From the NCBI GenBank assembly GCA_017612805.1, contig JAGAFD010000007.1:170675-234674 (forward strand): a DNA stretch of 64,000 nt, in the 5' to 3' direction. Positions within the stretch are counted from its first letter, which is position 1. Each line of letters starts with the position of its first letter. A model generated the notes under the pieces. It saw nothing but the letters and a program-made list of their open reading frames with translations. It did not search any database and was not told the DNA's origin. Origin of the DNA: Bacilli bacterium (GTDB lineage: Bacteria > Bacillota_I > Bacilli_A > RF39 > UBA660). Shown piece after piece: positions 1 through 9,752 of this stretch. A program made the translations under genes and the position numbers.

Positions 1-2
1 TC

Positions 3-209
3 GTATTATTTGTAGCAATTCTATTAGTTTATAATACGAAAGTCCAAGATGATTTTATTGATAAAAGTAAAGTAGTAAAAGAACGTGTCCAAAAACCTTT
101 TAAAAAAAGAGAAACAAAAATTACTTGCCCTAAATGTAATAATAAAATTCCTAAAGGTGATTTATATTGTAAGTATTGTGGTAAAAAAATAACCACAAAA
201 AAAGCTTAA
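3..209 (+). CDS. C-terminal fragment of a membrane protein ending in a CxxC...CxxC zinc ribbon (5' partial at window edge)
   Basis: Open frame from the window edge to TAA 207-209; tail reads CPKCNNKIPKGDLYCKYCGKK. Confidence 0.4.
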   Translation, partial: VLFVAILLVYNTKVQDDFIDKSKVVKERVQKPFKKRETKITCPKCNNKIPKGDLYCKYCGKKITTKKA

Positions 210-1139
210 CTAAAGTAAGCTTTCATCAAAACCAATCTTTTCTTTAATAAGATAGATTGGTCTTTTTTTAACTTCAATGTATGTTTTAGCAATATATTCA
301 CCAAGAATACCAATTGTTATTAATTGAACACCACCAAGGAGTAAGATGACACATAGGATTGATGCATATCCTGGAACATCTTTACCAATGATTAAGGTTT
401 TAATTAATAATATTAGAAAATAAATGATTGATCCAAAAGATGAAATAATACCAAAGAAGGTAGCAATTTTTAATGGTTTAACACTAAAACCGATAATACC
501 GGTAAAAGCATATTTTAAACTCTCTCTAAAATTAAATTTAGATTTACCGCTATTTCTTTTTTGAACTTCATAATACATATAACAAGTATTAAAACCAATC
601 CATGAGAATAATCCTTTAGAGAATCGATTAACTTCACTCATTTGTAATATGGCATTTTTAACTAAGGTATTAAACATTCTAAAATCAGATGCCCCATTAA
701 TAAAATCAACATCACTGATTTTATTCATAATAAAGTAGAAGCTCTTTTTAATTAGTTTGGTTAAGAAGAATTCTTTTCTTTTTTTAATAACCATAGCTAC
801 TTGATCAAATTCTTTTTTCTCTAATTCATCTAACATTTTAATTAAATACTTAGAATCTTGTTGTAAGTCTCCATCAATGATTGTTGTGTATTCGCCTTTG
901 GCATATTGTAAGCCACAATAAATAGCGGCTTCTTTACTAAAGTTTTTAGAAAAACTAATAATTTTAACATCTTTTAGTTTTTTTAATTCACTTAAAGTAT
1001 TATCAGTAGAACCATCATCGATAAAGATTATTTCATATTCAATATCTTTTAGATTATCAATAATTTGCTCATATAATTTTTTTACATTTCCTTCTTCGTT
1101 TTTACAAGGAATGATGACACTCAATTTCATATAAATCAC
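210..1139 (-). CDS. Family-2 glycosyltransferase, polyprenyl-phosphate sugar transferase type (CsbB/GtrB-like)
   Basis: 309 aa. N-terminal GT-A motifs (LSVIIPCKNEE, IIFIDDGSTDNT, DGDLQ) and two C-terminal TM helices typical of GtrB/CsbB. ATGA overlap with the upstream YfhO-like gene. Confidence 0.8.
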   Translation of the reverse strand: MIYMKLSVIIPCKNEEGNVKKLYEQIIDNLKDIEYEIIFIDDGSTDNTLSELKKLKDVKIISFSKNFSKEAAIYCGLQYAKGEYTTIIDGDLQQDSKYLIKMLDELEKKEFDQVAMVIKKRKEFFLTKLIKKSFYFIMNKISDVDFINGASDFRMFNTLVKNAILQMSEVNRFSKGLFSWIGFNTCYMYYEVQKRNSGKSKFNFRESLKYAFTGIIGFSVKPLKIATFFGIISSFGSIIYFLILLIKTLIIGKDVPGYASILCVILLLGGVQLITIGILGEYIAKTYIEVKKRPIYLIKEKIGFDESLL

Positions 1140-3637
1140 TCATGTTTATTATAACATTTTTTAGTTATTAGTAAAATACTACTTGTAATAAGACCAATAC
1201 TAGTTAGTAATAACCCCATATTAAAGCCTTGTGATACATAATCAATAGTAATCGTATGATTACCTGCTTCTAGATCAATTGCAACAAAGCTATCAAGTAT
1301 TTTTTGGTAACTTGTAATTTTACCATCCACTTTTATTATAAAGCCTTTTTCATAAGGAAGGGATAAGAATAAAGTTTTATTATTGCTAACATTTACGGTT
1401 CCTTCAATTAAATGGGAAGAATTATTGGTTAATACTAATTTGTTAGTATCTAATTTATTAATGGCATCATTTAATACCTTTAAATTCATGGTGTAGAATG
1501 GGAATGTATTAAGGTTATTCTTTTTAGAGTCGTATGAAACACTAATAGTTACGGTGTCTCCTTTTTTAGCTAAGTAATAAGAACCATTAGTAATATAACT
1601 TTGATCATTAATTTTTATAATAATATTTTTATTAAATGATGTAGGACTTTTTGGAACAATTAATTGATCTTCCTTACTAATAAATGTTGCAGTAACAGTA
1701 ATAGCATTTTTATCATTATTTGGGAAGATATGATTATCTTTGTAATAGCCATTATCAATTTGGTAATCATAATCTAATAAATTAAGTTCTTTATAGTAAA
1801 TATTATTTTCATTAATCATGGTGTTTAATATTTTAGTTAAATTAATAAATTTATCATCTTTATTAGATAGTTTTAATGATTTAGTATTACTATTTACCAA
1901 ATAACCATAACTAGAATCAAAATTAGTTTCATAAATGTAAGTGTTATTATATTTGGTATAAACGTGATAATAGTTTTGATCATTGCCAACTAAATATTTT
2001 ATATTAAATAAATTAAATAAGATTGGGTCAAAATAATTAAGAGTGGTACTACAATGACTATCAACTTTTAATTCAACAATATTTTCACAGAAATTTACAT
2101 AGTTTTGATTACGAACACTATTGAAATAGTTAATACCGTTATAACCATATATTAAACCATCATTATAAACATGTTTATCTATTAATTCCGCGCGATAAAG
2201 TTCTTTATTAGGAATTTTATCAATTATTTTAGTCATATTGGTATTATATACTTTTAGTGATTCTACTTCGCGATGGGAAGTATTATTATGGAAAGCAAAG
2301 AAAGTATTAAGACATAATTCTAAAATAACTAACGATAGAATATATTTTTTAAATACAGTAACATTGTAATAATAAAAATAACTGAATGTAAATAAAATAC
2401 TTATTGCAAACATGATAATAATAAAGACTTTTGTTGATGAAGTACCAAGGGTGATATAAGCTTCATAAAAAGAAACGGTAAATAATGCTAAAGTACTAAT
2501 AATGGTTAATGGATAATAGATATTATTTTTAGTATCGATGGTATTTTTATTAACATAGTTTTGATAAGCAAAATAGATAATAAAGAATGAAAAGATAAAT
2601 GCGTAACGGTTATTCCACCAAACGGGGCGTTGAAAAAATTGCCATGCATAATCAAACAAATTAAAAGTAAATGATAATAAGAAGACTAAAAAGAACATGG
2701 CTAATGATATTTTATATTTTAAATCATATTTTTTATTAAACATAGTTAAGATAAATAATACAAAACTAAATAAAGTAGAGTAGATAATCATTGGTCCATT
2801 AGCTTGATTACCATTAATATAAGTACCAGGAGCTAGTTTATAGAAGAATAAATAAACATTTTTATTAATACCACTATATTTTGTATAATCATTTCTTAAA
2901 TAACCACTAGCTTTACCCATTAATAAACTATAGAATGCTGGTAATAAAACAACTGAGGATATTAAACCAGCTAGTAAGCTATAGATAATAAAATTAATAA
3001 TGGCTTTTTTTCTTTTCTCTTTTTCTAAATTTATAACACTAAAGATAAAGAATAGTAAAGCAAAGATACATACCATGTAACCAGTATAGTAATTGAAAAT
3101 AATGGTTAGTGATAAAGTAATCAAATATAGTAATGGTTTATCTTTATTAATTAAACGATTTAAACCAAGAATTACTAATGGTAACATATATACACTATCA
3201 TGCCACATAATATTGTAATAATAAGTAATAATAAATCCTGATAAACCATAAATAATACCAAATAATAATGATGACTTATGTTTAGTAGTGTTATTTAATA
3301 AAATCATCATAAATAAACTTGCTAAACCAATTTTGATTAAATAAATGATGGTAAATATAAGATCGATATTAAAAATATTACTGAAGATAAATAAAATATT
3401 TAATGGACTTAATAAATAATAAGTAGCAGTACCATATAGATTAAATCCTAATCCGGTTTTAAGGGAATAAAAACTAAAATCTTTATATGCTAAAAAGAAA
3501 CTAGTGTATTGATGAAACGAATCATATAACCTTGGGGTATATTTTCCAAGAGGATAAATATCCTTAATTTTTAGAATAATTAAGACTATAATAATTGGTA
3601 TAAAAAACGCTAATAAATATTTAAGAATCTTCTTCAT
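1136..3637 (-). CDS. YfhO-family polytopic membrane glycosyltransferase (partner of CsbB-type GT2)
   Basis: About 830 aa with around 12 N-terminal TM helices and a large C-terminal extracytoplasmic domain. Sits directly upstream of, and overlapping, a CsbB-like GT2, as in the B. subtilis csbB-yfhO pair. Start placed at the internal ATG (MKKILKY) with a weak GAAAGAAG RBS; the ORF could extend to 3670. Confidence 0.55.
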   Translation of the reverse strand: MKKILKYLLAFFIPIIIVLIILKIKDIYPLGKYTPRLYDSFHQYTSFFLAYKDFSFYSLKTGLGFNLYGTATYYLLSPLNILFIFSNIFNIDLIFTIIYLIKIGLASLFMMILLNNTTKHKSSLLFGIIYGLSGFIITYYYNIMWHDSVYMLPLVILGLNRLINKDKPLLYLITLSLTIIFNYYTGYMVCIFALLFFIFSVINLEKEKRKKAIINFIIYSLLAGLISSVVLLPAFYSLLMGKASGYLRNDYTKYSGINKNVYLFFYKLAPGTYINGNQANGPMIIYSTLFSFVLFILTMFNKKYDLKYKISLAMFFLVFLLSFTFNLFDYAWQFFQRPVWWNNRYAFIFSFFIIYFAYQNYVNKNTIDTKNNIYYPLTIISTLALFTVSFYEAYITLGTSSTKVFIIIMFAISILFTFSYFYYYNVTVFKKYILSLVILELCLNTFFAFHNNTSHREVESLKVYNTNMTKIIDKIPNKELYRAELIDKHVYNDGLIYGYNGINYFNSVRNQNYVNFCENIVELKVDSHCSTTLNYFDPILFNLFNIKYLVGNDQNYYHVYTKYNNTYIYETNFDSSYGYLVNSNTKSLKLSNKDDKFINLTKILNTMINENNIYYKELNLLDYDYQIDNGYYKDNHIFPNNDKNAITVTATFISKEDQLIVPKSPTSFNKNIIIKINDQSYITNGSYYLAKKGDTVTISVSYDSKKNNLNTFPFYTMNLKVLNDAINKLDTNKLVLTNNSSHLIEGTVNVSNNKTLFLSLPYEKGFIIKVDGKITSYQKILDSFVAIDLEAGNHTITIDYVSQGFNMGLLLTSIGLITSSILLITKKCYNKHE

Positions 3638-3697
3638 AATTTGTCTTCTTTCTAAAAATATCTTAACCAAAAATGATTTAAAAGTCTATAAAAACTA

Positions 3698-3726
3698 TTG
3701 CTTTTATGAATAGATTTTGATATCAT
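3698..3726 (+). promoter_or_regulatory. Sigma-A type promoter (TTGCTT-17-TATCAT)
   Basis: Hexamers read directly with a 17-nt spacer; AAGGAGA RBS follows, 8 nt before ATG 3752. Confidence 0.5.
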
Positions 3727-3751
3727 TTTAATTATAAAGGAGATAACGATA

Positions 3752-4360
3752 ATGGAAAGAAAAAATACTGTATTCTTAACAATTATTGCCGTTGCAACCT
3801 TATTAATAGCAGTTATTGGCGCAACATTCGCATACTTTAGTGTTATTATTACTGGTAACGAATCTGCAACTTCAACCATCATTAGAACTGCTAATATCAA
3901 AATTACTTATACTGCTGGAACTAATATTAATTTAACGAGTGCATCTCCTGGCGATACTGCTAATTTAACATTTAGTGTTGCTAATGAAGGTGACCGTGAA
4001 TTATCTTATAAAGTTAAATGGACTGATGTAGCTAATACATTTGGTAGTTTAGTTGGTGAAGTAAGTGGTGTTGCTGAAGAATTATATTATACCGTTAATG
4101 TTGTTGATAATAATTCAAACAGTGTTTATACATTATCTAGAACTACTGCTCCTAGTACGAATGGATATATCAATTTAAATAGTGGTAATGCAATTACCAT
4201 TGCTGGTGGTGTTACTCATAATTATACTTTAACAATGACCTTTGAAGAAACTTCAAGTGCTCAAAACTATAATCAAGGAAGAACATTTACTGGGGCTGTA
4301 GATATTGAACTTGCTGGTAATAACTACTATTCAACTGATGATGTATATTCTGGCGAATAA
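3752..4360 (+). CDS. TasA/camelysin-like secreted protein with SipW-cognate signal peptide (paralog 1)
   Basis: 202 aa. N-terminal TM/signal followed by GATFAYFS, matching the SipW-cognate class signal motif (GTxAYFSD) of TasA/CalY/CotN. Beta-rich Thr/Asn/Ser-rich mature part. Paralogous to 37158-37784. Confidence 0.55.
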   Translation: MERKNTVFLTIIAVATLLIAVIGATFAYFSVIITGNESATSTIIRTANIKITYTAGTNINLTSASPGDTANLTFSVANEGDRELSYKVKWTDVANTFGSLVGEVSGVAEELYYTVNVVDNNSNSVYTLSRTTAPSTNGYINLNSGNAITIAGGVTHNYTLTMTFEETSSAQNYNQGRTFTGAVDIELAGNNYYSTDDVYSGE

Positions 4361-4372
4361 AATTTAATAATT

Positions 4373-4396
4373 AAACTCCCTGACGGGAGTTTTTTG
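4373..4396 (+). terminator. Rho-independent terminator
   Basis: AAACTCCC-TGAC-GGGAGTTT hairpin followed by a T-run. Confidence 0.8.
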
Positions 4397-4420
4397 CTTT
4401 ATAAAGTGGGGGATATGCTT

Positions 4421-5284
4421 ATGGAAAAAGTATTAGAAAAATTAGGTAACGTAACTAAATTAGTATTTGATGAATATTCTAAAATTTGTCGTGGTGAAAA
4501 GAATTATGACTTTAGTACAAACGCAATATTCTTATTAGAAGCTGCTACGTATGCTGAAGTCAAAGAAGAGTTTGATGTTGATGAAATTGATGGCTTAATG
4601 GATTTATTAGATCCATGTATTGAAATAAATGATGAGTTAAATATGGCCTTATTAGATTATAATGGCGATGATTTGATGAAAAAACGTATTTCTAAAAAAT
4701 TAGAAGCGCTGATGGAAATTGATACAATGCATAATGGTGCTGAGTATGTTGAGGATATTGTTCAAGATATTGATGAAGATTTAGTATTTGAAGGCCGTAT
4801 TTATTTTGATGGTTACTTAGATTTATTAGCGTTTGGAATTAGATATATGGATGTTGCTTATCAACTTTATCAAGATGGTTTTAGGGATCAAGCTTATCGT
4901 TTAGCTTTTATGAATCCTTTTGTCGAAGAATCATTTATAAAACATAAAGGGGTTTTTGAAAAATATAATGAAAACGATCCTACTTTATTAGATGAATTAT
5001 TATCAATTAGTGAAATGGCACTTAATCATGCGTCAGCAGAAATTGAAATGTCCGCAACTAATTATATGGATTTAGCTTTAAAAAGTAAGGATGAAGCATC
5101 TAAGAATTTATATCATGACTATGCTAAATCTTTATTAACCGCAATGCCAGTTAAAGATCAATTTGAAGTCGTAACGGACTGTAGTAGTCGTTATCAAGAT
5201 GGGGCTATTTCTAAGAATTATTATCGAAAATGTCGTAATTTAGTATTAGAAGCTGATGAAGCGCGTCTTGCACAAAATAATTGA
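4421..5284 (+). CDS. Hypothetical acidic cytoplasmic protein
   Basis: 288-aa ORF. The GGGGGA RBS sits 7 nt before ATG 4421. Strongly Asp/Glu-rich with no recognisable motif. Confidence 0.5.
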   Translation: MEKVLEKLGNVTKLVFDEYSKICRGEKNYDFSTNAIFLLEAATYAEVKEEFDVDEIDGLMDLLDPCIEINDELNMALLDYNGDDLMKKRISKKLEALMEIDTMHNGAEYVEDIVQDIDEDLVFEGRIYFDGYLDLLAFGIRYMDVAYQLYQDGFRDQAYRLAFMNPFVEESFIKHKGVFEKYNENDPTLLDELLSISEMALNHASAEIEMSATNYMDLALKSKDEASKNLYHDYAKSLLTAMPVKDQFEVVTDCSSRYQDGAISKNYYRKCRNLVLEADEARLAQNN

Positions 5285-5309
5285 CATTTACTTGGTTTTT
5301 AGATAAAAT
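5281..5309 (+). promoter_or_regulatory. Consensus sigma-A promoter (TTGACA-17-TAAAAT) for tRNA-Cys
   Basis: Perfect -35 and 17-nt spacer, about 28 nt upstream of the tRNA 5' end. Confidence 0.6.
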
Positions 5310-5337
5310 GAGAATGCAGTGAAAACTGTGTGCCCGT

Positions 5338-5411
5338 GGGTCTATAGCCAAGTGGTAAGGCGTGGGACTGCAACTCCCTGATCGTTGGTTCAAATCCGAC
5401 TAGGCCCTCCA
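5338..5411 (+). tRNA. tRNA-Cys (GCA)
   Basis: Cloverleaf folded by hand: acceptor GGGTCTA/TAGGCCC, T-arm GTTGG-TTCAAAT-CCGAC, anticodon loop CTGCAAC, encoded CCA. Confidence 0.85.
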
Positions 5412-5421
5412 TATAAAAATA

Positions 5422-5450
5422 AAACTCAAACTTAATGTTTGAGTTTTTTT
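5422..5450. terminator. Bidirectional rho-independent terminator
   Basis: AAACTCAAAC-ttaatg-TTTGAGTT hairpin with flanking A- and T-runs. Serves the tRNA and the convergent - strand gene. Confidence 0.75.
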
Positions 5451-6135
5451 ATAAAGTATTATAAATATCATTAAAATCAGTATTAATCGTCGGTATTTTT
5501 TTATTACCGCTTAAATAATAGTTAAATAAATCATCAAGGAGTCTCATTGCTATTCTTTTAGAATTACTATCTAATTCTTTAGCATTAATAATACTATTCT
5601 TTGCATCTTCATAATTTTTATTTAATTCATCTTCGGACTTATTACGATTAGGTAATAGTGATTTATCAATGATATTTTTTAAATGAAAAGCAATTTGATA
5701 AGCTATTTCACTTTCAATATTTTTAAGGTTATCAATTTGTTCCATTAATGTTATAGCTTCATATATATCGGTTGGTTCGTAACCAAATTCTTTTTTAAAC
5801 ATTGCTGGATATAGATATCTTAAATCAGCTTTAGAAAAAGTATTAATATTCTTATCTTTTAAATAGTTAACATAATCAGAATTAAGAATATAACCTTTTA
5901 GTGAAATAAGATTATCATCAACGGTGTCTTCAACTTGATATGATCCTTTTGAAGTATTAACAAAATTATTAGCACTTTCTAAAAAGTTTTTTAATGTATC
6001 TTTGTACTTATTATGTTGAAGAATTTTTTCAATAAAACATTGATATATACGAATGCGTTCTTTTTTTTCTTGATTAGTTAACGTATCACAGTTATTAATT
6101 TTTTTTATTTCTTCATGTAATGATTGTATTTCCAT
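5449..6135 (-). CDS. Hypothetical protein, last gene of a - strand cluster
   Basis: 228-aa ORF, 10 nt downstream of the 690-aa gene. No recognisable motif. Confidence 0.45.
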   Translation of the reverse strand: MEIQSLHEEIKKINNCDTLTNQEKKERIRIYQCFIEKILQHNKYKDTLKNFLESANNFVNTSKGSYQVEDTVDDNLISLKGYILNSDYVNYLKDKNINTFSKADLRYLYPAMFKKEFGYEPTDIYEAITLMEQIDNLKNIESEIAYQIAFHLKNIIDKSLLPNRNKSEDELNKNYEDAKNSIINAKELDSNSKRIAMRLLDDLFNYYLSGNKKIPTINTDFNDIYNTL

Positions 6136-6145
6136 AATTAACTCC

Positions 6146-8218
6146 TTACTTACACATTAGGAAGTAGATAATTGTAGCAATCATTCCGCCGGCAAACCCA
6201 GTTAATAAAGTTACAATTAAGGCACTTGCAAAACCTGCTGAAGAATTATTATTTTTATTATCTTTGGGTTTTAGGGTTAATTTAGTTTGATCTTGTGATA
6301 TGTTACTATTTATCTTAGCTTCATTTTTAGCTTTGATCCATTCGTATTTTTTCTTTTCACTAGTTGAATCCCATTTTAATACTTCTAAATCTTTACTAGT
6401 AGTTTTTAAAGTTTTAACTTCATCGAAAGTTTTACCATCTTTAATTAATCCACCATGCATGGTATCAATTAATGGTTTTGCTTCTAAACCTTTATTAATA
6501 CGTATTTTATTATCTTTTTGAATATGGTTATTTTTGCGTACAACATTATGATCATTTTTACTAAATGTGTTCCAATAAGTGATACGGTTATAAGTAACTC
6601 TCGCTTCTTTATAAATATTGCTTACTTCATTTATTAAACCAATTTTAGTTATCCACATGTCATTTTTATCAGCTTTTTTAAAATTATTTTGAAATGATTC
6701 CGTTAAACAAAAATCAAACTCCGTACATTCGGTTTTTTTAGGACTTATTAAAACGTCTTTACCATCAACAATTAATTTGCCATGATTAATACGATTTAAC
6801 ATTTGACCTGTATCTGCTAAATTCATTCGACCAGTTTCCGTCATAATATCTTCATCAGATAAATGATCTTGATTACCAAATGTATCAATAAAACCTGGTT
6901 TGATAGTTTCTATTTGATATAAGAATTTTTCAACGGCAGCACGTTTTTCTGGGGATTCGGTTAACGAAGTTTCATTATACATATAATTAACGCCATCGGG
7001 TTTTTTAATACCTTCAAAACATGCTAACATTTCTTCTGGAGTAATTCCAAAATATTTTTCCCATACGTTTTCATAAGGGCCTTTTTTATTGCTTTGATAT
7101 TTTTCGATTACTTCATTAAATATTTCGATCGTATCAATTAACTTTCTGCCATCCGGCATATCACGATTGTTTTTTTCAATATAAGCCATTGATACTTTAA
7201 TAAAGGATTTCATTGCGGCTAATATTTCATCATGATCTTTTATACCTTTACCGTTTTTAATTAAATTATCTACATGAGATTGATCAAATAACGCATGATA
7301 ACGCATATGTTTATTATGGTTAATACAATAATTTAGCGCTTTATTAGTTTGATAAGGATCAAATACTAAGCCATTATTAGTTTCATAAATAGAACTATCA
7401 TATTTACTTGATATAACAATAATGGTATCAAGCGTAGGATCATTACTAATTAATTCTGATAAACTTTTTACTTCATCATAGGTGATAGCTTTAACATTTT
7501 CATAATCATCGCTTTTTAAGCGATTAAATTTAGTAATAAAATCATTACCATATTTATCGCCTAAGAATTTATAAGCTTCACTAATTTTATTTTCACTAAC
7601 TAAATTTTGACAAATAGTAATATCATTGTCATTAATGCCCATCTTACTTAATTTAGCGTAAATTTTTTCATCACTAGTCATTAAAGCACTATCTAAATAA
7701 CTAATTAAACTATCTTGATAAGCTTGATATAAAGCTTTTTTAGCTGCTTCTAAATCTAATTCGTGGAAATCATCAATAACTTCTTCAACTTTTTTACCAG
7801 GAAATTGTCCACAAATATTTTCAACATAGTTTTTGATATCGGCTTTTGATCTTAGTTCAGTAATTGTTAATAAATCAATCATTAGGGGACTTAAATAAAT
7901 ACCATTATGATCAGTTGGCATATCTAATACAGCTAGTTGTTGTTTTACAGGTTGTTTATTAATTTTTTCAATGAAAGCAATAAATGCTTCATAATCTTTA
8001 ACTACTTTATTAATTAATTTATCAGTATAAGTATTAATATAAGAAATAAATTCTTCTTGATCGGTGATGGTACTAAATTCATGAGTATCAGCAATCATAT
8101 GAATCCCTTTTTGGATTTTTTCTTGATCAATTATTTCTTTATGATATTCATCATTAATTTTCTTGGCTTTACTGTTAATAATATCTTCTAATAATTGCAT
8201 ACGATTGAAACCCATCAT
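6146..8218 (-). CDS. Large hypothetical protein with central GH10-like (clan GH-A TIM-barrel) motif series and C-terminal TM anchor
   Basis: 690 aa from the ATG preceded by GGAGGTGA. Ordered motifs MRYHALFDQSH, IEIFNEV, NYMYNE, DTFGNQDHL and IMTETG resemble the five GH10 blocks (HTLVWH, WDVVNE, NDYN, GxQxH, ITELD). No signal peptide; single C-terminal TM (ALIVTLLTGFAGGMIATIIYFL). Confidence 0.35.
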   Translation of the reverse strand: MMGFNRMQLLEDIINSKAKKINDEYHKEIIDQEKIQKGIHMIADTHEFSTITDQEEFISYINTYTDKLINKVVKDYEAFIAFIEKINKQPVKQQLAVLDMPTDHNGIYLSPLMIDLLTITELRSKADIKNYVENICGQFPGKKVEEVIDDFHELDLEAAKKALYQAYQDSLISYLDSALMTSDEKIYAKLSKMGINDNDITICQNLVSENKISEAYKFLGDKYGNDFITKFNRLKSDDYENVKAITYDEVKSLSELISNDPTLDTIIVISSKYDSSIYETNNGLVFDPYQTNKALNYCINHNKHMRYHALFDQSHVDNLIKNGKGIKDHDEILAAMKSFIKVSMAYIEKNNRDMPDGRKLIDTIEIFNEVIEKYQSNKKGPYENVWEKYFGITPEEMLACFEGIKKPDGVNYMYNETSLTESPEKRAAVEKFLYQIETIKPGFIDTFGNQDHLSDEDIMTETGRMNLADTGQMLNRINHGKLIVDGKDVLISPKKTECTEFDFCLTESFQNNFKKADKNDMWITKIGLINEVSNIYKEARVTYNRITYWNTFSKNDHNVVRKNNHIQKDNKIRINKGLEAKPLIDTMHGGLIKDGKTFDEVKTLKTTSKDLEVLKWDSTSEKKKYEWIKAKNEAKINSNISQDQTKLTLKPKDNKNNNSSAGFASALIVTLLTGFAGGMIATIIYFLMCK

Positions 8219-8327
8219 AATCACCTCCGATACTTCTAGTATTCTTATTATCATTATATATCGAAAAAGGGATAATAAATATATCCTATTTAATTAGATA
8301 GACATATATTTACATAAAAAAAGATGC

Positions 8328-8894
8328 CTATTTAGACATCTTTTTCTTTTTATTATATCTTTGTCTTCTTTTAAAACTATCAATCGCCAGTTTTAAATAA
8401 GTTTTTTCAATTTCCGGTTTTAATGGAGGCTCTATTAATACTTCTCCTTCATCACCTAATTTTTCAACACCCATGTTATAGGTTTTATGTAATGTGCCAT
8501 AACTTTCTTTAATGCGGGCATATTTACCTTTATGATCTAATAATATACAGGCGTTTTGTAGTTTTCTTCTACGAATAGTTGCGGAAGGTCTAAAATCACC
8601 ATATTCATATTTTTGGGCATTATCCATTGATAGGAAAATTCGGTAAGCTCCATCATTTTCATAGAATTCATTTAATTCTTTGATATATTTTTCAGTTGAA
8701 CTAACATAAGGAAATTGTGAAACTACCGTAACTTTTAAAATGCACTTTTGTTTTATTCCGCGTTTATCTTTCCATAAGTAAGTATTTAAATAGGCACATT
8801 CAATACTACTAAGTTGATATAATGAACCAGTTAATCTACATAGTTCTTTGCATATATCAGTTCTTGTTTTTTTATCAATTGTAATTGTCTCCAT
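8328..8894 (-). CDS. Hypothetical protein with basic C-terminus
   Basis: 188-aa ORF ending RRQRYNKKKKMSK. First gene of the - strand cluster. Confidence 0.4.
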   Translation of the reverse strand: METITIDKKTRTDICKELCRLTGSLYQLSSIECAYLNTYLWKDKRGIKQKCILKVTVVSQFPYVSSTEKYIKELNEFYENDGAYRIFLSMDNAQKYEYGDFRPSATIRRRKLQNACILLDHKGKYARIKESYGTLHKTYNMGVEKLGDEGEVLIEPPLKPEIEKTYLKLAIDSFKRRQRYNKKKKMSK

Positions 8895-8989
8895 TAAAAA
8901 ATTTCCCCCTTTTTAATAGACGCTTTTTAATTATACTAAATATATTTTAATTTGCAAGTATTTTTGTTAAAATAAAATTGGTGATAAAA

Positions 8990-9712
8990 ATGATTAAGAA
9001 TAAACCAGTTATTGGAATAATACCAACGTTTAATATTAATAATCCGGATAACGATCCTTATTTAGATCGTGCTTACTTTGTTAATTTATATGAAAAAATG
9101 ATTGCTGAAGCTGGTGGTATTCCGGTTGGCTTATTGGATTTAGATATTAATTTATATAAAGATTTATGTGATGGTTATCTATGGCCAGGGGGAGGATATG
9201 TTAATCGTTATTTCTTTGGTTTAATTGAAGATGCCCTAAATAATCATAAACCCATGTTAGGAATTTGTTTGGGCATGCAAGCGTTATCAATTTATTTTAA
9301 TGTTTTAGAAGATCAAAAATTAGATCCATCTAAATCATTAGAAGATACTTATCAAGCTAATAAAGAAACTAATCCTTATTTAATTAAAATGGATGAAGAA
9401 AAAGTATCACATCATGATCACTATGTAACTTATGATGAAGAAAGTCAAAATAGGGCATTACATAATGTTTTAATTAATAAAGATTCATTAATGTATGATA
9501 TTTATGAAAAAGATGCTATTCAAGAACCATCAATGCACACAATATGTGTTAATCGTCTTCCAGATAGTATTTTGGTTAGTGCAAAGACTAGTGATGAGGT
9601 AATTGAGGCAATTGAAATACCAGATAGTAATATTTTAGGAGTTCAATACCATCCAGAATTAATTGGCGATCCTAAATTATTTGAGTGGTTAATTAATAAA
9701 GCATCAAAATAA
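8990..9712 (+). CDS. Class-I glutamine amidotransferase-like hydrolase (peptidase C26 / gamma-glutamyl hydrolase family)
   Basis: Nucleophile Cys in GICLGMQ and His in VQYHPE. GGTGA RBS 6 nt before ATG 8990. Confidence 0.7.
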   Translation: MIKNKPVIGIIPTFNINNPDNDPYLDRAYFVNLYEKMIAEAGGIPVGLLDLDINLYKDLCDGYLWPGGGYVNRYFFGLIEDALNNHKPMLGICLGMQALSIYFNVLEDQKLDPSKSLEDTYQANKETNPYLIKMDEEKVSHHDHYVTYDEESQNRALHNVLINKDSLMYDIYEKDAIQEPSMHTICVNRLPDSILVSAKTSDEVIEAIEIPDSNILGVQYHPELIGDPKLFEWLINKASK

Positions 9713-9752
9713 TCAGTTACATAATTTAAATTGTGGTATACTATATATACAA

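Noticed and set aside
5211-5393. Short ORFs from the six-frame track antisense to or overlapping confident features. These are: 5211-5393 (over tRNA-Cys), 6300-6521, 9643-9900, 12981-13184, 16691-16945, 16726-16962, 22979-23200, 23282-23482, 23692-23976, 26623-26844, 33186-33437, 45021-45284, 45139-45354, 45188-45400, 51460-51690, 59682-59897 and 61114-61296.
   Set aside because: Each lies inside, or antisense to, a long well-supported gene or tRNA and has no RBS or motif. The Ala/Gly-rich ones at 16691-16962 are mirror images of the GC-rich PA-repeat.
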